Origin: Clostridia bacterium
GTDB taxonomy: Bacteria; Bacillota; Clostridia; Oscillospirales; CAG-272
Reading direction: 5' to 3'
NCBI GenBank assembly: GCA_017420845.1
Contig: JAFQOC010000591.1
Coordinates: 1-24,070 of the forward strand
Length of the DNA stretch: 24,070 nt
The notes beneath the pieces were generated by a model that ran no database searches, was not told where the DNA came from, and worked only from the letters and a program-made list of their open reading frames with translations. Made by a program: the position numbers and the translations under genes. Within the stretch, counting starts at the first letter, position 1. The number at the start of each line of letters is the position of its first letter. This document shows positions 6,551 through 13,606 of the stretch, one piece after another.

Positions 6551-9529
6551 TCATTTGTCAGTCTTCATTTCGGGAATGGTAATGTCCGAGAACGCGCCAT
6601 ATTCCAGGGAAGAGAACTGGAACACCGCGGCGGTTGCGTTACCGCGGTTGGAGATACCGATCTGGGAAAGAGGGGTATCCGCGATCAGGGTGTTCTCAAC
6701 AATCTCCTGGGTTCCGTCGGCCAGGGTGATCTTGGCGGTCTCCGCGAAGGTGTTGCCGGGGATACAATTGGCGGCCTTGATATCGCCATAGGTCTTGCTT
6801 CCGGAAAGCTCGACGGTGGCCATGAGCTTGCCGTCCACCAAAACGTATACGCAGTAGCCGTCATCCGCCAGGGTCAGCTCGGTACCGGTGCAGAGGATGG
6901 TGTAGTACTTGTTGCCCACACGTCTGGAGACGGTGCTGTCGTAGTACTTCACGATCAGGTGCAGGTTGCCATCCATAATGGCCGCGTAGATACCCGCGCC
7001 GCCGGTATGACCCGCACCGTCACCCTCATAGAACTGACGGATTCTCGTATTCGAGGAAGCGGTTTCGTCAGAGATGACCTGCTGGTAGCCGCGAACGATC
7101 ATGTAGCTCTTGAGCTTGCCATCAGCAGCCAGGGTGGTCTGGGCATTGTTGAGCTTGAAGTAGTACAGACCGTCGTTGGTGTGGGCCATGGCGTTGATCA
7201 TGTGCATACCGTAGACCTTCTGACCGTTCAACTCCTCGATCATACAGCCACCCTGAGCCAGCTTCATTTCAAAGAAACCGGGCAGGTCGGTCTGATCGAA
7301 GGTAGTGCCCGCATCGTACTTGTTGACATCAGCGGTGAAGCTGACTGTGGTATTGGCAATGCCGTAGAGTTGATCCTTTTCGCCGCAGGCGGTGCAGGTG
7401 CCCTCTGCGAAGCTATGGCCAAGAGGAGCGCCCTCAACGATCTGGCAGAGGGAGCAGTACTTGGACTCGGTACAGGTGGCATCCACCCAATTGTGATTGC
7501 AGAAAGCGAACTCGGGAATCGTGATCGCGGAGAAGGGGCCGTACTCCACAGAGGAGAACAGGAACGTACCCGCAGCGGAGTTACCGCGGTTGGAAATACC
7601 GATCTGGGACAGAGGGGTATCTGCGATCAGGGTGTTCTCGATGGTCTCCTCGTTGCCGTTTGCCAGCTTGATGGTAGCGGAGGCGGCAAAGGTGTTGCGA
7701 GGACTGCAGTTCTCGGCCTTGATATCCGCGTAGGTGATGCTGCCAGAGAGAGCAACGGTAGCCATGAGCTTGTCGCCCACCAGGATATACACTGTGGAGC
7801 CGTCATCTGCCATGGTCAGCGCGGTGCCCTCGCAGGGGATGGTGTATAGCTTATTGCCGATGCGGCGCTCCGCCGAGACGTTGTAGTACTTCAGTATGAT
7901 GTGCAGGTTTCCGTCCATAACAGCCGCGTAAATACCCGCGCCGCCCGTATGGCCCGCTCCGTCATTTTCATAGAAGGACAGGATCCTTGTGTTCGAAGAC
8001 AGGGAGGCATCGGAGATGACCTGCTGGTAGCCGCGAACGATCATGTAGCTCTTGAGCTTGCCATCGGCTGCCAGAGCGGTCTGGGCATTGTCGAGCTTGA
8101 AGTAGTACAGACCGTCATTGGTGTGTACCATGGCGTTGATCAGGTGCATGCCGTAGACCTTCTGTCCGTTCAGCTCCTCAATTACGCAATTACCCTGAGC
8201 CAGCTTCATTTCGAAGAAATTGGGCAGGTCGGTCTGATCGAAGGTCGTGCCATTCTCGTAGCCATTGACGTTGGAGGTGAAGCTTCCCGTAGTGTCGGGG
8301 ATGACAATGGGCTCGGGCTCAGGCTCGGTCTCCTGGGGCTCAGTCTCCTGAGGCTCGGTCTCTTGGGGCTCGGTCTCAGGGGGCGTTGTCACGTCCATTT
8401 CGGGGATGGAGATCTCCGAGAAGGGGCCGTACTCCAGATAGGAGAACAGGAAGGAACCGGCTTGGGCGTTACCGCGGTTGGAGATACCGATCTGGGACAG
8501 GGGGGTATCTGCGATCAGGGTGTTCTCAATGGTCTCCTCGGTGCCATCTGCCAGCTTGATTGTGGCGGAAGCGGCGAAGGTGTTGCCGGGCGAGCAGTTC
8601 TCGGCCTTGATATCCTCATAGGTGATGCTGCCGGACAGGGCGATGGTGGCCAGGAGCTTGTCACCCACCAGAACGTACACGGTGGAGCCGTCATCTGCCA
8701 TGGTCAACTCAGTGCCCTCGCAGGGAACGGTGTAGAGCTTGTTGCCGATACGGCGGTTGGCGGTGTCATCGTAATACTTCAGAATGAGATGGAGATTGCC
8801 ATCCATGATGGCCGCGTAGATGCCCGCGCCGCCAGTATGGCCCGCACCGTCGTTCTCATAGAACTGCTTGATGGAGATCACCTGCGCGGCTCCCGTATCC
8901 TCGTTCTGGATCAACCAGTCGGAGTTGACTCGCTGGTACGCGCGAATCAGCATGTAGGACTTGAGTTTACCGTCAGCAGCCAGGGTGGTCTGGACGTTAT
9001 TGGTTTTGAAGTAGTAGAAGCCATCGTTGGTGTAGTACAAACCGTTGATCAGGCGCATGGCGTACACTTTCTGACCGTTGAACATCTCAACGCCGCAACT
9101 TCCCTGAGGCAGAGACATATCGAACAGGTTGAACATATCGGTGTAATCAATGGCGGTACCCACATCCTCGTTCTCCACCTCGGTAAAGAAGTAAATATCC
9201 GTGTTTTCGATGATCTCGGGCTCGGTCTCCTGAGGCTCGGTCTCCTGAGGCTCGGTCTCCTGAGGCTCGGTCTCCTGAGGCTTGGTCTCCTGAGGCTCGG
9301 TCTCCTGAGGCTTGGTTTCCTCAGGCTTGGTTTCCTGGGGCTTGGTCTCTTCGGGCTGGGTCTCCTCCGGCTTGGAATCCTCAGGCTGAGTCTCCTCAGG
9401 CTCGGTGGGGGTGCCGGTCCCGGTTTCATGGGTGTCTGTGGGCTGCTCCGCAGGGGGATCCTGGGTACAGGCTGTCACAGCGAGCAACAGCGCGAGCAGC
9501 AGGCAGGCGATCACGAGTAGCTTTTTCAT
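6551..9529 (-). CDS. Surface lipoprotein with three tandem ~260-aa domains of unknown family, 992 aa
   Basis: RBS GAAAGGA spacing favours ATG 9529. Lipobox VTAC, pentapeptide stalk, three homologous domains sharing DGAGHTGGAGIYAA and ENTLIADTPLSQIGISNRGN. Confidence 0.9.
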   Translation of the reverse strand: MKKLLVIACLLLALLLAVTACTQDPPAEQPTDTHETGTGTPTEPEETQPEDSKPEETQPEETKPQETKPEETKPQETEPQETKPQETEPQETEPQETEPQETEPEIIENTDIYFFTEVENEDVGTAIDYTDMFNLFDMSLPQGSCGVEMFNGQKVYAMRLINGLYYTNDGFYYFKTNNVQTTLAADGKLKSYMLIRAYQRVNSDWLIQNEDTGAAQVISIKQFYENDGAGHTGGAGIYAAIMDGNLHLILKYYDDTANRRIGNKLYTVPCEGTELTMADDGSTVYVLVGDKLLATIALSGSITYEDIKAENCSPGNTFAASATIKLADGTEETIENTLIADTPLSQIGISNRGNAQAGSFLFSYLEYGPFSEISIPEMDVTTPPETEPQETEPQETEPQETEPEPEPIVIPDTTGSFTSNVNGYENGTTFDQTDLPNFFEMKLAQGNCVIEELNGQKVYGMHLINAMVHTNDGLYYFKLDNAQTALAADGKLKSYMIVRGYQQVISDASLSSNTRILSFYENDGAGHTGGAGIYAAVMDGNLHIILKYYNVSAERRIGNKLYTIPCEGTALTMADDGSTVYILVGDKLMATVALSGSITYADIKAENCSPRNTFAASATIKLANGNEETIENTLIADTPLSQIGISNRGNSAAGTFLFSSVEYGPFSAITIPEFAFCNHNWVDATCTESKYCSLCQIVEGAPLGHSFAEGTCTACGEKDQLYGIANTTVSFTADVNKYDAGTTFDQTDLPGFFEMKLAQGGCMIEELNGQKVYGMHMINAMAHTNDGLYYFKLNNAQTTLAADGKLKSYMIVRGYQQVISDETASSNTRIRQFYEGDGAGHTGGAGIYAAIMDGNLHLIVKYYDSTVSRRVGNKYYTILCTGTELTLADDGYCVYVLVDGKLMATVELSGSKTYGDIKAANCIPGNTFAETAKITLADGTQEIVENTLIADTPLSQIGISNRGNATAAVFQFSSLEYGAFSDITIPEMKTDK
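6569..7351 (-). repeat. Domain repeat R3 (C-terminal copy)
   Basis: Anchor ACCGCGGTTGGA at 6641; homologous to the copies at 7583 and 8471. Confidence 0.9.
7511..8293 (-). repeat. Domain repeat R2 (middle copy)
   Basis: Anchor at 7583, 942 bp from the R3 anchor. Confidence 0.9.
8322..8381 (-). repeat. 15-bp coding tandem repeat x4 (P[PQ]ETE linker)
   Basis: Units such as GGCTCGGTCTCCTGG and GGCTCAGTCTCCTGA on the + strand. Confidence 0.9.
8399..9199 (-). repeat. Domain repeat R1 (N-terminal copy)
   Basis: Anchor at 8471, 888 bp from the R2 anchor; carries a 7-aa insertion relative to R2/R3. Confidence 0.9.
9219..9398 (-). repeat. 15-bp coding minisatellite x12 (P[EQ]E[TS][EKQ]-type stalk)
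   Basis: Consensus + strand unit GGCTCGGTCTCCTGA; 12 contiguous units with no spacers, in frame. Confidence 0.95.
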
Positions 9530-9568
9530 GGTCATATTCCTTTCTTTATGGTATGGTTTGGGAGAACG

Positions 9569-9652
9569 TCAGGACTTTTTCTTCAGAACGTAAGCCGCGG
9601 CAGCCAGTATGATGACGGAGCTGATTCCAAGGACGGAGCCGCAACCCTGTTT
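9569..9652 (-). other. C-terminal GCxS + hydrophobic helix + basic tail signal (copy 2)
   Basis: KQGCGSVLGISSVIILAAAAYVLKKKS-stop. Confidence 0.75.
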
Positions 9653-10813
9653 TTCGGGTGCGGTGGTGACCTCCTCGGGCTTTTCGGTACCTTCGGGCTC
9701 CGTGGGGGCTTCGGTCTCGGGGATCTCTTCAGTGGGGGTCTCGGTAGGGGCTTCCGTGGCGGGCTCGGTCACCTCCTCGGTGGGAGGCTCGGTCACGTCG
9801 AATTCATCTCCGTCGCCCTCAGTCTCATCCTCGCCCAGGATCTTGATGCCGAAGCAGTTCAGCTCCATCCCATCCTGAACGGGCATCTCAAGCTTGATAC
9901 CGTTTTCCGCGGGAGTCCAATTACAGATGGGCATACCAGTTTCGTCCACCATACCGTTCAGAGTACCCGCTCCCCAGTTATAGATACCGTTAGCGCCGGG
10001 CTTTCCTACAGAGCGATCCAGATAGTACAGGGAAATACCAATCTTCAGGGGCTTGTTGTCAACACCGCCCATGTAGATGGTGGGGTTCTCGCCCCAGGCG
10101 GCTTTGAAAACGTAATCATTGTACAACTGCTCCCAGGACATGGCGAACTCAGCGCTCCAGCCTGTCAGTGTGGCGCGAGCCGCTCCCTTGACACCGTCAC
10201 CGTTCTCTTCGGAGATCAAGCCGTCCATATCCGACTCCTGACGGTGGAATTCCAGCGGCAGACCGTCCTCAATGCAGCAGAAGGAATAGAAGATGTTTTT
10301 CTGGTTGGTCAGGGAATCGGGATCCTGCTCCACCTTCTCGCCCAGCTTGCCGCCAAAGTCAATAGCGATCTGGAAGGCATCGCCATTGTAGTAATTTTGG
10401 GTGGTGCCGTAGCAGAAATCAGGGTCGGTCACATAGAAGCCGACGTAGAAGTAATTTTCGTCTGCCACGAAATAGGCGGAAATGTTCCACCCCTCGGGCA
10501 TACCGGGATCAAGATAGCCGCCTTGGCCGTTGTGATCTTTCACCTTGTCACCAAAGCCGGTCCAGGAGATCATATTCTCAGGGCCGATTGTGGTCACAGA
10601 ATAACCCGCGTCAGCCCAGTCGGCCATATCACCGTCCGTCAGATCGAGCTTTTCAGAGGCATCGGGATCCCAAGTGATATCTACCTGTCCAACAGGATAA
10701 AACTCTTCGGCACTACCAATCGTATAAGCTGCGCCGTCCCATGCAACAACCGTTATTGCGGCCATGGACATGAGCATAGCTATTACGCAGATGATTGCAA
10801 TGATTTTTTTCAT
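9569..10813 (-). CDS. Secreted CBM9/DOMON-like carbohydrate-binding protein with C-terminal GCxS anchor, 414 aa
   Basis: RBS AGGAGG; signal peptide; LDLTDGDMADW, AYFVADENYFYVGFYVTD, NGDAFQIAID, GWSAEFAMSW (CBM9-like pattern); P/T/E linker; QGCGSVLG-hydrophobic-KKKS. Confidence 0.7.
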   Translation of the reverse strand: MKKIIAIICVIAMLMSMAAITVVAWDGAAYTIGSAEEFYPVGQVDITWDPDASEKLDLTDGDMADWADAGYSVTTIGPENMISWTGFGDKVKDHNGQGGYLDPGMPEGWNISAYFVADENYFYVGFYVTDPDFCYGTTQNYYNGDAFQIAIDFGGKLGEKVEQDPDSLTNQKNIFYSFCCIEDGLPLEFHRQESDMDGLISEENGDGVKGAARATLTGWSAEFAMSWEQLYNDYVFKAAWGENPTIYMGGVDNKPLKIGISLYYLDRSVGKPGANGIYNWGAGTLNGMVDETGMPICNWTPAENGIKLEMPVQDGMELNCFGIKILGEDETEGDGDEFDVTEPPTEEVTEPATEAPTETPTEEIPETEAPTEPEGTEKPEEVTTAPEKQGCGSVLGISSVIILAAAAYVLKKKS

Positions 10814-10990
10814 GGTTTTCCTCCTTTTCGCTCACAGCGAGTGTGTTTCCCATCGCCGCGCGGAAACCTCTTGCGTTGTTTCCGATATGGTATAATGGTT
10901 GCGGCTCAACTACGTAATAAATGAAATCCGAGCGGTGAACCGCAAGCCAAACTCAAATTTCATTTGGGTCATGAAAAAATATTTTACAGT

Positions 10991-12094
10991 TTACTCTTTC
11001 CAAGAAGGAATCTCATCCTTGAAGAGCTGGTAGAACTCCGCATTTGTGACCAGGACTATGGAATCATCTTTGGCCGCAGCCTCGGTTATCATCTTAATAT
11101 ACTCTTCGAATTGATCCCAACTATTGGCGATATCCAATTCATATCCGTGTCCCCACATGAGGAACAGCATATCCTCCTTGCAATCCGTTGCAATAAATTT
11201 ACGAAGCAGGTACATCGCATCGCTATCGTTGATCGAGCACGTCGGATACCATGTCATAAAATACTCGGGGAGAGAGAATCTGTCCAAGCCCTTGTTCGTA
11301 TTGCGGTTGGTGCAGCTTCCGTAGCGGATATCGGTGGTCGCCAGAACGGTTTCAATGACTTGATCGTTCAGGTTCTTGTCACCCCCCGGCCAGGCTACGC
11401 CGACAGGCTTGTAGCCGAAGAGCTCCTGGATATTTTGGGCATCACCGAGGAGTTCTTGGGTGACCTCCTGTTCGGTAAGATTATTGAGCCCGCGATGATT
11501 GAGGGAATGACACTCCACATCAAATCCATCGTAGACTCCGGACAGGATCTGCTCTTTGGTGTAGCGCAGATGCGGCACATCCGGCCGTCCCGCCTGCTGT
11601 CCAACCTGAGGCCAATCGACACCGTACATACCTGTATTAATATAGAAAGTACAACAATAGGCATTGTATTTTTTCAGGATTTCAATAATACGTTCATCCT
11701 GCGTGATTCCATCGTCAAATCGTAATGTAAAATATTTTTTCGGAGTGCCGTCACGAACGATACCGTGACCTTCACAGCCCTCAGGAACTTGAGTGATCGC
11801 CTCGGTGGTAACTTCCTCGGTCGTAATTTCCTCAGTAGTGAATTCCTCGGTGGTGACTTCTTCTGTCATACTCTCCTCCTCTGTCGCGGTTTCGTCATCC
11901 GGGGGCATCGTTGGCTCTTCGGTCATCGGTTGATACTCGCCTGTTGCTTCCGCAGACTCTCCTGGGGATACGTCGGGAGTCGAGGAAACGCCGTCCTGAT
12001 TCCCGGGATCTGCATCGCAGGCACTCAAAAGGAGACATATTACGATGGAGAGCAGGCAACAAATGAAAAGAATACCTGTTTTTTTCTTCATCAT
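10991..12094 (-). CDS. Polysaccharide deacetylase (CE4/NodB-like) lipoprotein, 367 aa
   Basis: RBS AAAGGA; lipobox LSAC; E/T stalk; LRFDDG (motif 1), HSLNH (metal-binding motif 2), AWPGG, WGHGYE. Confidence 0.85.
   Translation of the reverse strand: MMKKKTGILFICCLLSIVICLLLSACDADPGNQDGVSSTPDVSPGESAEATGEYQPMTEEPTMPPDDETATEEESMTEEVTTEEFTTEEITTEEVTTEAITQVPEGCEGHGIVRDGTPKKYFTLRFDDGITQDERIIEILKKYNAYCCTFYINTGMYGVDWPQVGQQAGRPDVPHLRYTKEQILSGVYDGFDVECHSLNHRGLNNLTEQEVTQELLGDAQNIQELFGYKPVGVAWPGGDKNLNDQVIETVLATTDIRYGSCTNRNTNKGLDRFSLPEYFMTWYPTCSINDSDAMYLLRKFIATDCKEDMLFLMWGHGYELDIANSWDQFEEYIKMITEAAAKDDSIVLVTNAEFYQLFKDEIPSWKE
11801..11860 (-). repeat. 15-bp coding tandem repeat x4 (EE[VFI]TT stalk)
   Basis: CTCGGTGGTAACTTC, CTCGGTCGTAATTTC, CTCAGTAGTGAATTC, CTCGGTGGTGACTTC. 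Confidence 0.85.
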
Positions 12095-12186
12095 AAGCTG
12101 TCCTTTCTATTGTTACATGTTTCTTTTTGTGGTTCACGCCCTGTAAAATAAGTGAAAAAGTACAAGTATCGGTAGAATCTATTGCC

Positions 12187-12215
12187 ATTATAGCACAAAT
12201 CTGACAATAATGCAA
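12187..12215 (-). promoter_or_regulatory. Sigma-A promoter for the deacetylase/surface-protein cluster
   Basis: Minus strand TTGCAT (12215-12210), 17 bp, TG-c-TATAAT (12195-12187). Confidence 0.75.
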
Positions 12216-12299
12216 TAGTTTTTTCAAAATTTCTTTTAACATTGTATAAATGTCACTATTTGGTATTTCAAAAAACTTTTTCCTGCTATATCTGAACGC

Positions 12300-12331
12300 A
12301 AAAAGGAGACGATCCTGAAAAGATCGTCTCC
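12300..12331 (-). terminator. Intrinsic terminator of the AraC gene
   Basis: GGAGACGATC / GATCGTCTCC 10-bp stem, 7-nt loop, then TTTTT on the minus strand. Confidence 0.85.
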
Positions 12332-12373
12332 AATGCACGTATACAATAATGAATAGATCGTGTTTTAGAGGGA

Positions 12374-13198
12374 TTACGGAGAGCCCGCCTTTTTTTCGTC
12401 GGAGGGAGTCGTTCCGAAACGTTTCTTGAACTGACGGTAAAAGGAAGAGTAATCCGCAAATCCCGCTTCCTCGGCGGCAGTCACAGCGGGGGTTCCGCCT
12501 CGAATCAATCTACGGGCCATATTCAGCCGCTTCAAAATGACGTAATCCCAAATAGAGATCCCCATAGAATGACGGAAGGTCTGATTGATATAGGAGTAGC
12601 TGTACCCGAAATGCTCGGCCAGCATATCCATGTTTTCTATGCATTGAGGAGCTTCATTGATGTAATCGATGATGCGGCTCACTAAACTTTTTCCCTCTAC
12701 CGTAGGCGCGCTGTATCCGCCACCATCCTGTATCGCATTAGCAATCTCGTAAAGCAAGGTAGGAATATATAAGCGAATCCGAATCCTCCTTTCCTGCTCG
12801 GGCAACGGTTCATGAACCATATGGAGAAGCATGTTTTGAATCTTTTCCAACCGCGGCGAAGGCGCGATATAGTTACGATGCCCGAGGGGGCGATCAAAAA
12901 AGGAAGACAGCAAGAATTCTCGGTAGACTGGCGCAACAAATCCCGTTGTGAAGTGTAGTGCGATTCGCTCGTAGGGTCCGTCGGGACTGATATGAGGCGT
13001 ATGGGTTTCTCCTTCCCGCATGATCATGATGCATCCGGGAGACAACGGGTAGTCATAGCCTTCTACTGTATAGTATCCTGTCCCTCTCAGCAGACAAAAG
13101 ATTTCGTTTTGGGTATGCGTATGCAGGAAAAATTGACTTTCCTCTGGATGGATCGTTGTTTTATGATGCATATAGAGTTCTTCGTCAGTATAGATCAT
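12374..13198 (-). CDS. AraC/XylS-family transcriptional regulator, 274 aa
   Basis: Start MIYTDEE after AAGGA. N-terminal cupin (LHTHTQNEIFCLLRGTGYYTVEG..Y.LSPG); C-terminal HTHs (LAEHFGYSYSYINQTFR, AAEEAGFADYSSFYRQFKKRFGTTP). Confidence 0.93.
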   Translation of the reverse strand: MIYTDEELYMHHKTTIHPEESQFFLHTHTQNEIFCLLRGTGYYTVEGYDYPLSPGCIMIMREGETHTPHISPDGPYERIALHFTTGFVAPVYREFLLSSFFDRPLGHRNYIAPSPRLEKIQNMLLHMVHEPLPEQERRIRIRLYIPTLLYEIANAIQDGGGYSAPTVEGKSLVSRIIDYINEAPQCIENMDMLAEHFGYSYSYINQTFRHSMGISIWDYVILKRLNMARRLIRGGTPAVTAAEEAGFADYSSFYRQFKKRFGTTPSDEKKAGSP

Positions 13199-13229
13199 GG
13201 CATCCTTTTCCTTGTATATTTTTAAGCAT

Positions 13230-13258
13230 ATTATATCATGAAGCAATCGAAAATGCAA
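13230..13258 (-). promoter_or_regulatory. Sigma-A promoter for the AraC gene
   Basis: Minus strand TTGCAT (13258-13253), 17 bp, TG-a-TATAAT (13238-13230). Confidence 0.75.
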
Positions 13259-13449
13259 TATAAAAAAGAAAAAATTTCATGCTCGATATGCACAAATTTC
13301 CAAAAAGCCATCTGTAACTCTCTTGTACACACAAAAACACGGAAACGGAGGATGTAACATTGGGGTTTTTTCATATATGCACAATATGGTAGTTTCAAAC
13401 CGCGGACAACGTTAAATATGCAATGTAATTGATTTTTTTGAAAATATAC

Positions 13450-13478
13450 TTGCTTTTTTGTAACAATTCTGCTATAAT
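13450..13478 (+). promoter_or_regulatory. Sigma-A promoter for the CE15-GH106-uxa operon
   Basis: TTGCTT (13450-13455), 17 bp, TG-c-TATAAT (13470-13478). Confidence 0.75.
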
Positions 13479-13606
13479 ATAGGCAAGAGTTGATCCTCTC
13501 AAGTCACTTAGGCCGTTTTTGCGTACTGCACCGATGTTGTACGCATACTTCTTATTCATTAAACAAAGCTGTACAATTTCACAAAATTTATAAAGGAGCT
13601 CACGCT

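Noticed and set aside
6569-9199. Diversity-generating retroelement TR/VR pair
   Set aside because: No reverse transcriptase in the window; all three copies are in-frame coding, and the differences include indels and are not visibly confined to adenines.
9219-9398. CRISPR array
   Set aside because: Contiguous 15-bp units with no spacers, in frame inside a gene; no cas genes.
3789-10813. Sortase (LPxTG) anchoring or cohesin/dockerin cellulosome modules
   Set aside because: No LPxTG-like motif before the hydrophobic tails, no duplicated Ca-binding dockerin loops, and no sortase gene.
10840-10860. Fluoride riboswitch (GGCGATGG on the minus strand)
   Set aside because: Only the first 8 nt match; the rest of the consensus and the pseudoknot partner are absent, and the gene context is unrelated.
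4119-11725. Long + strand ORFs (4119-5012, 6959-7849, 7901-9520, 9548-10924, 10964-11725)
   Set aside because: Antisense shadows of GC3-biased minus-strand genes; the translations are V/G/L-rich mirror patterns without RBS or motifs.
13346-13392. GGAGG followed by a TTG-start micro-ORF
   Set aside because: Ten codons, upstream of the mapped promoter, with no supporting features.
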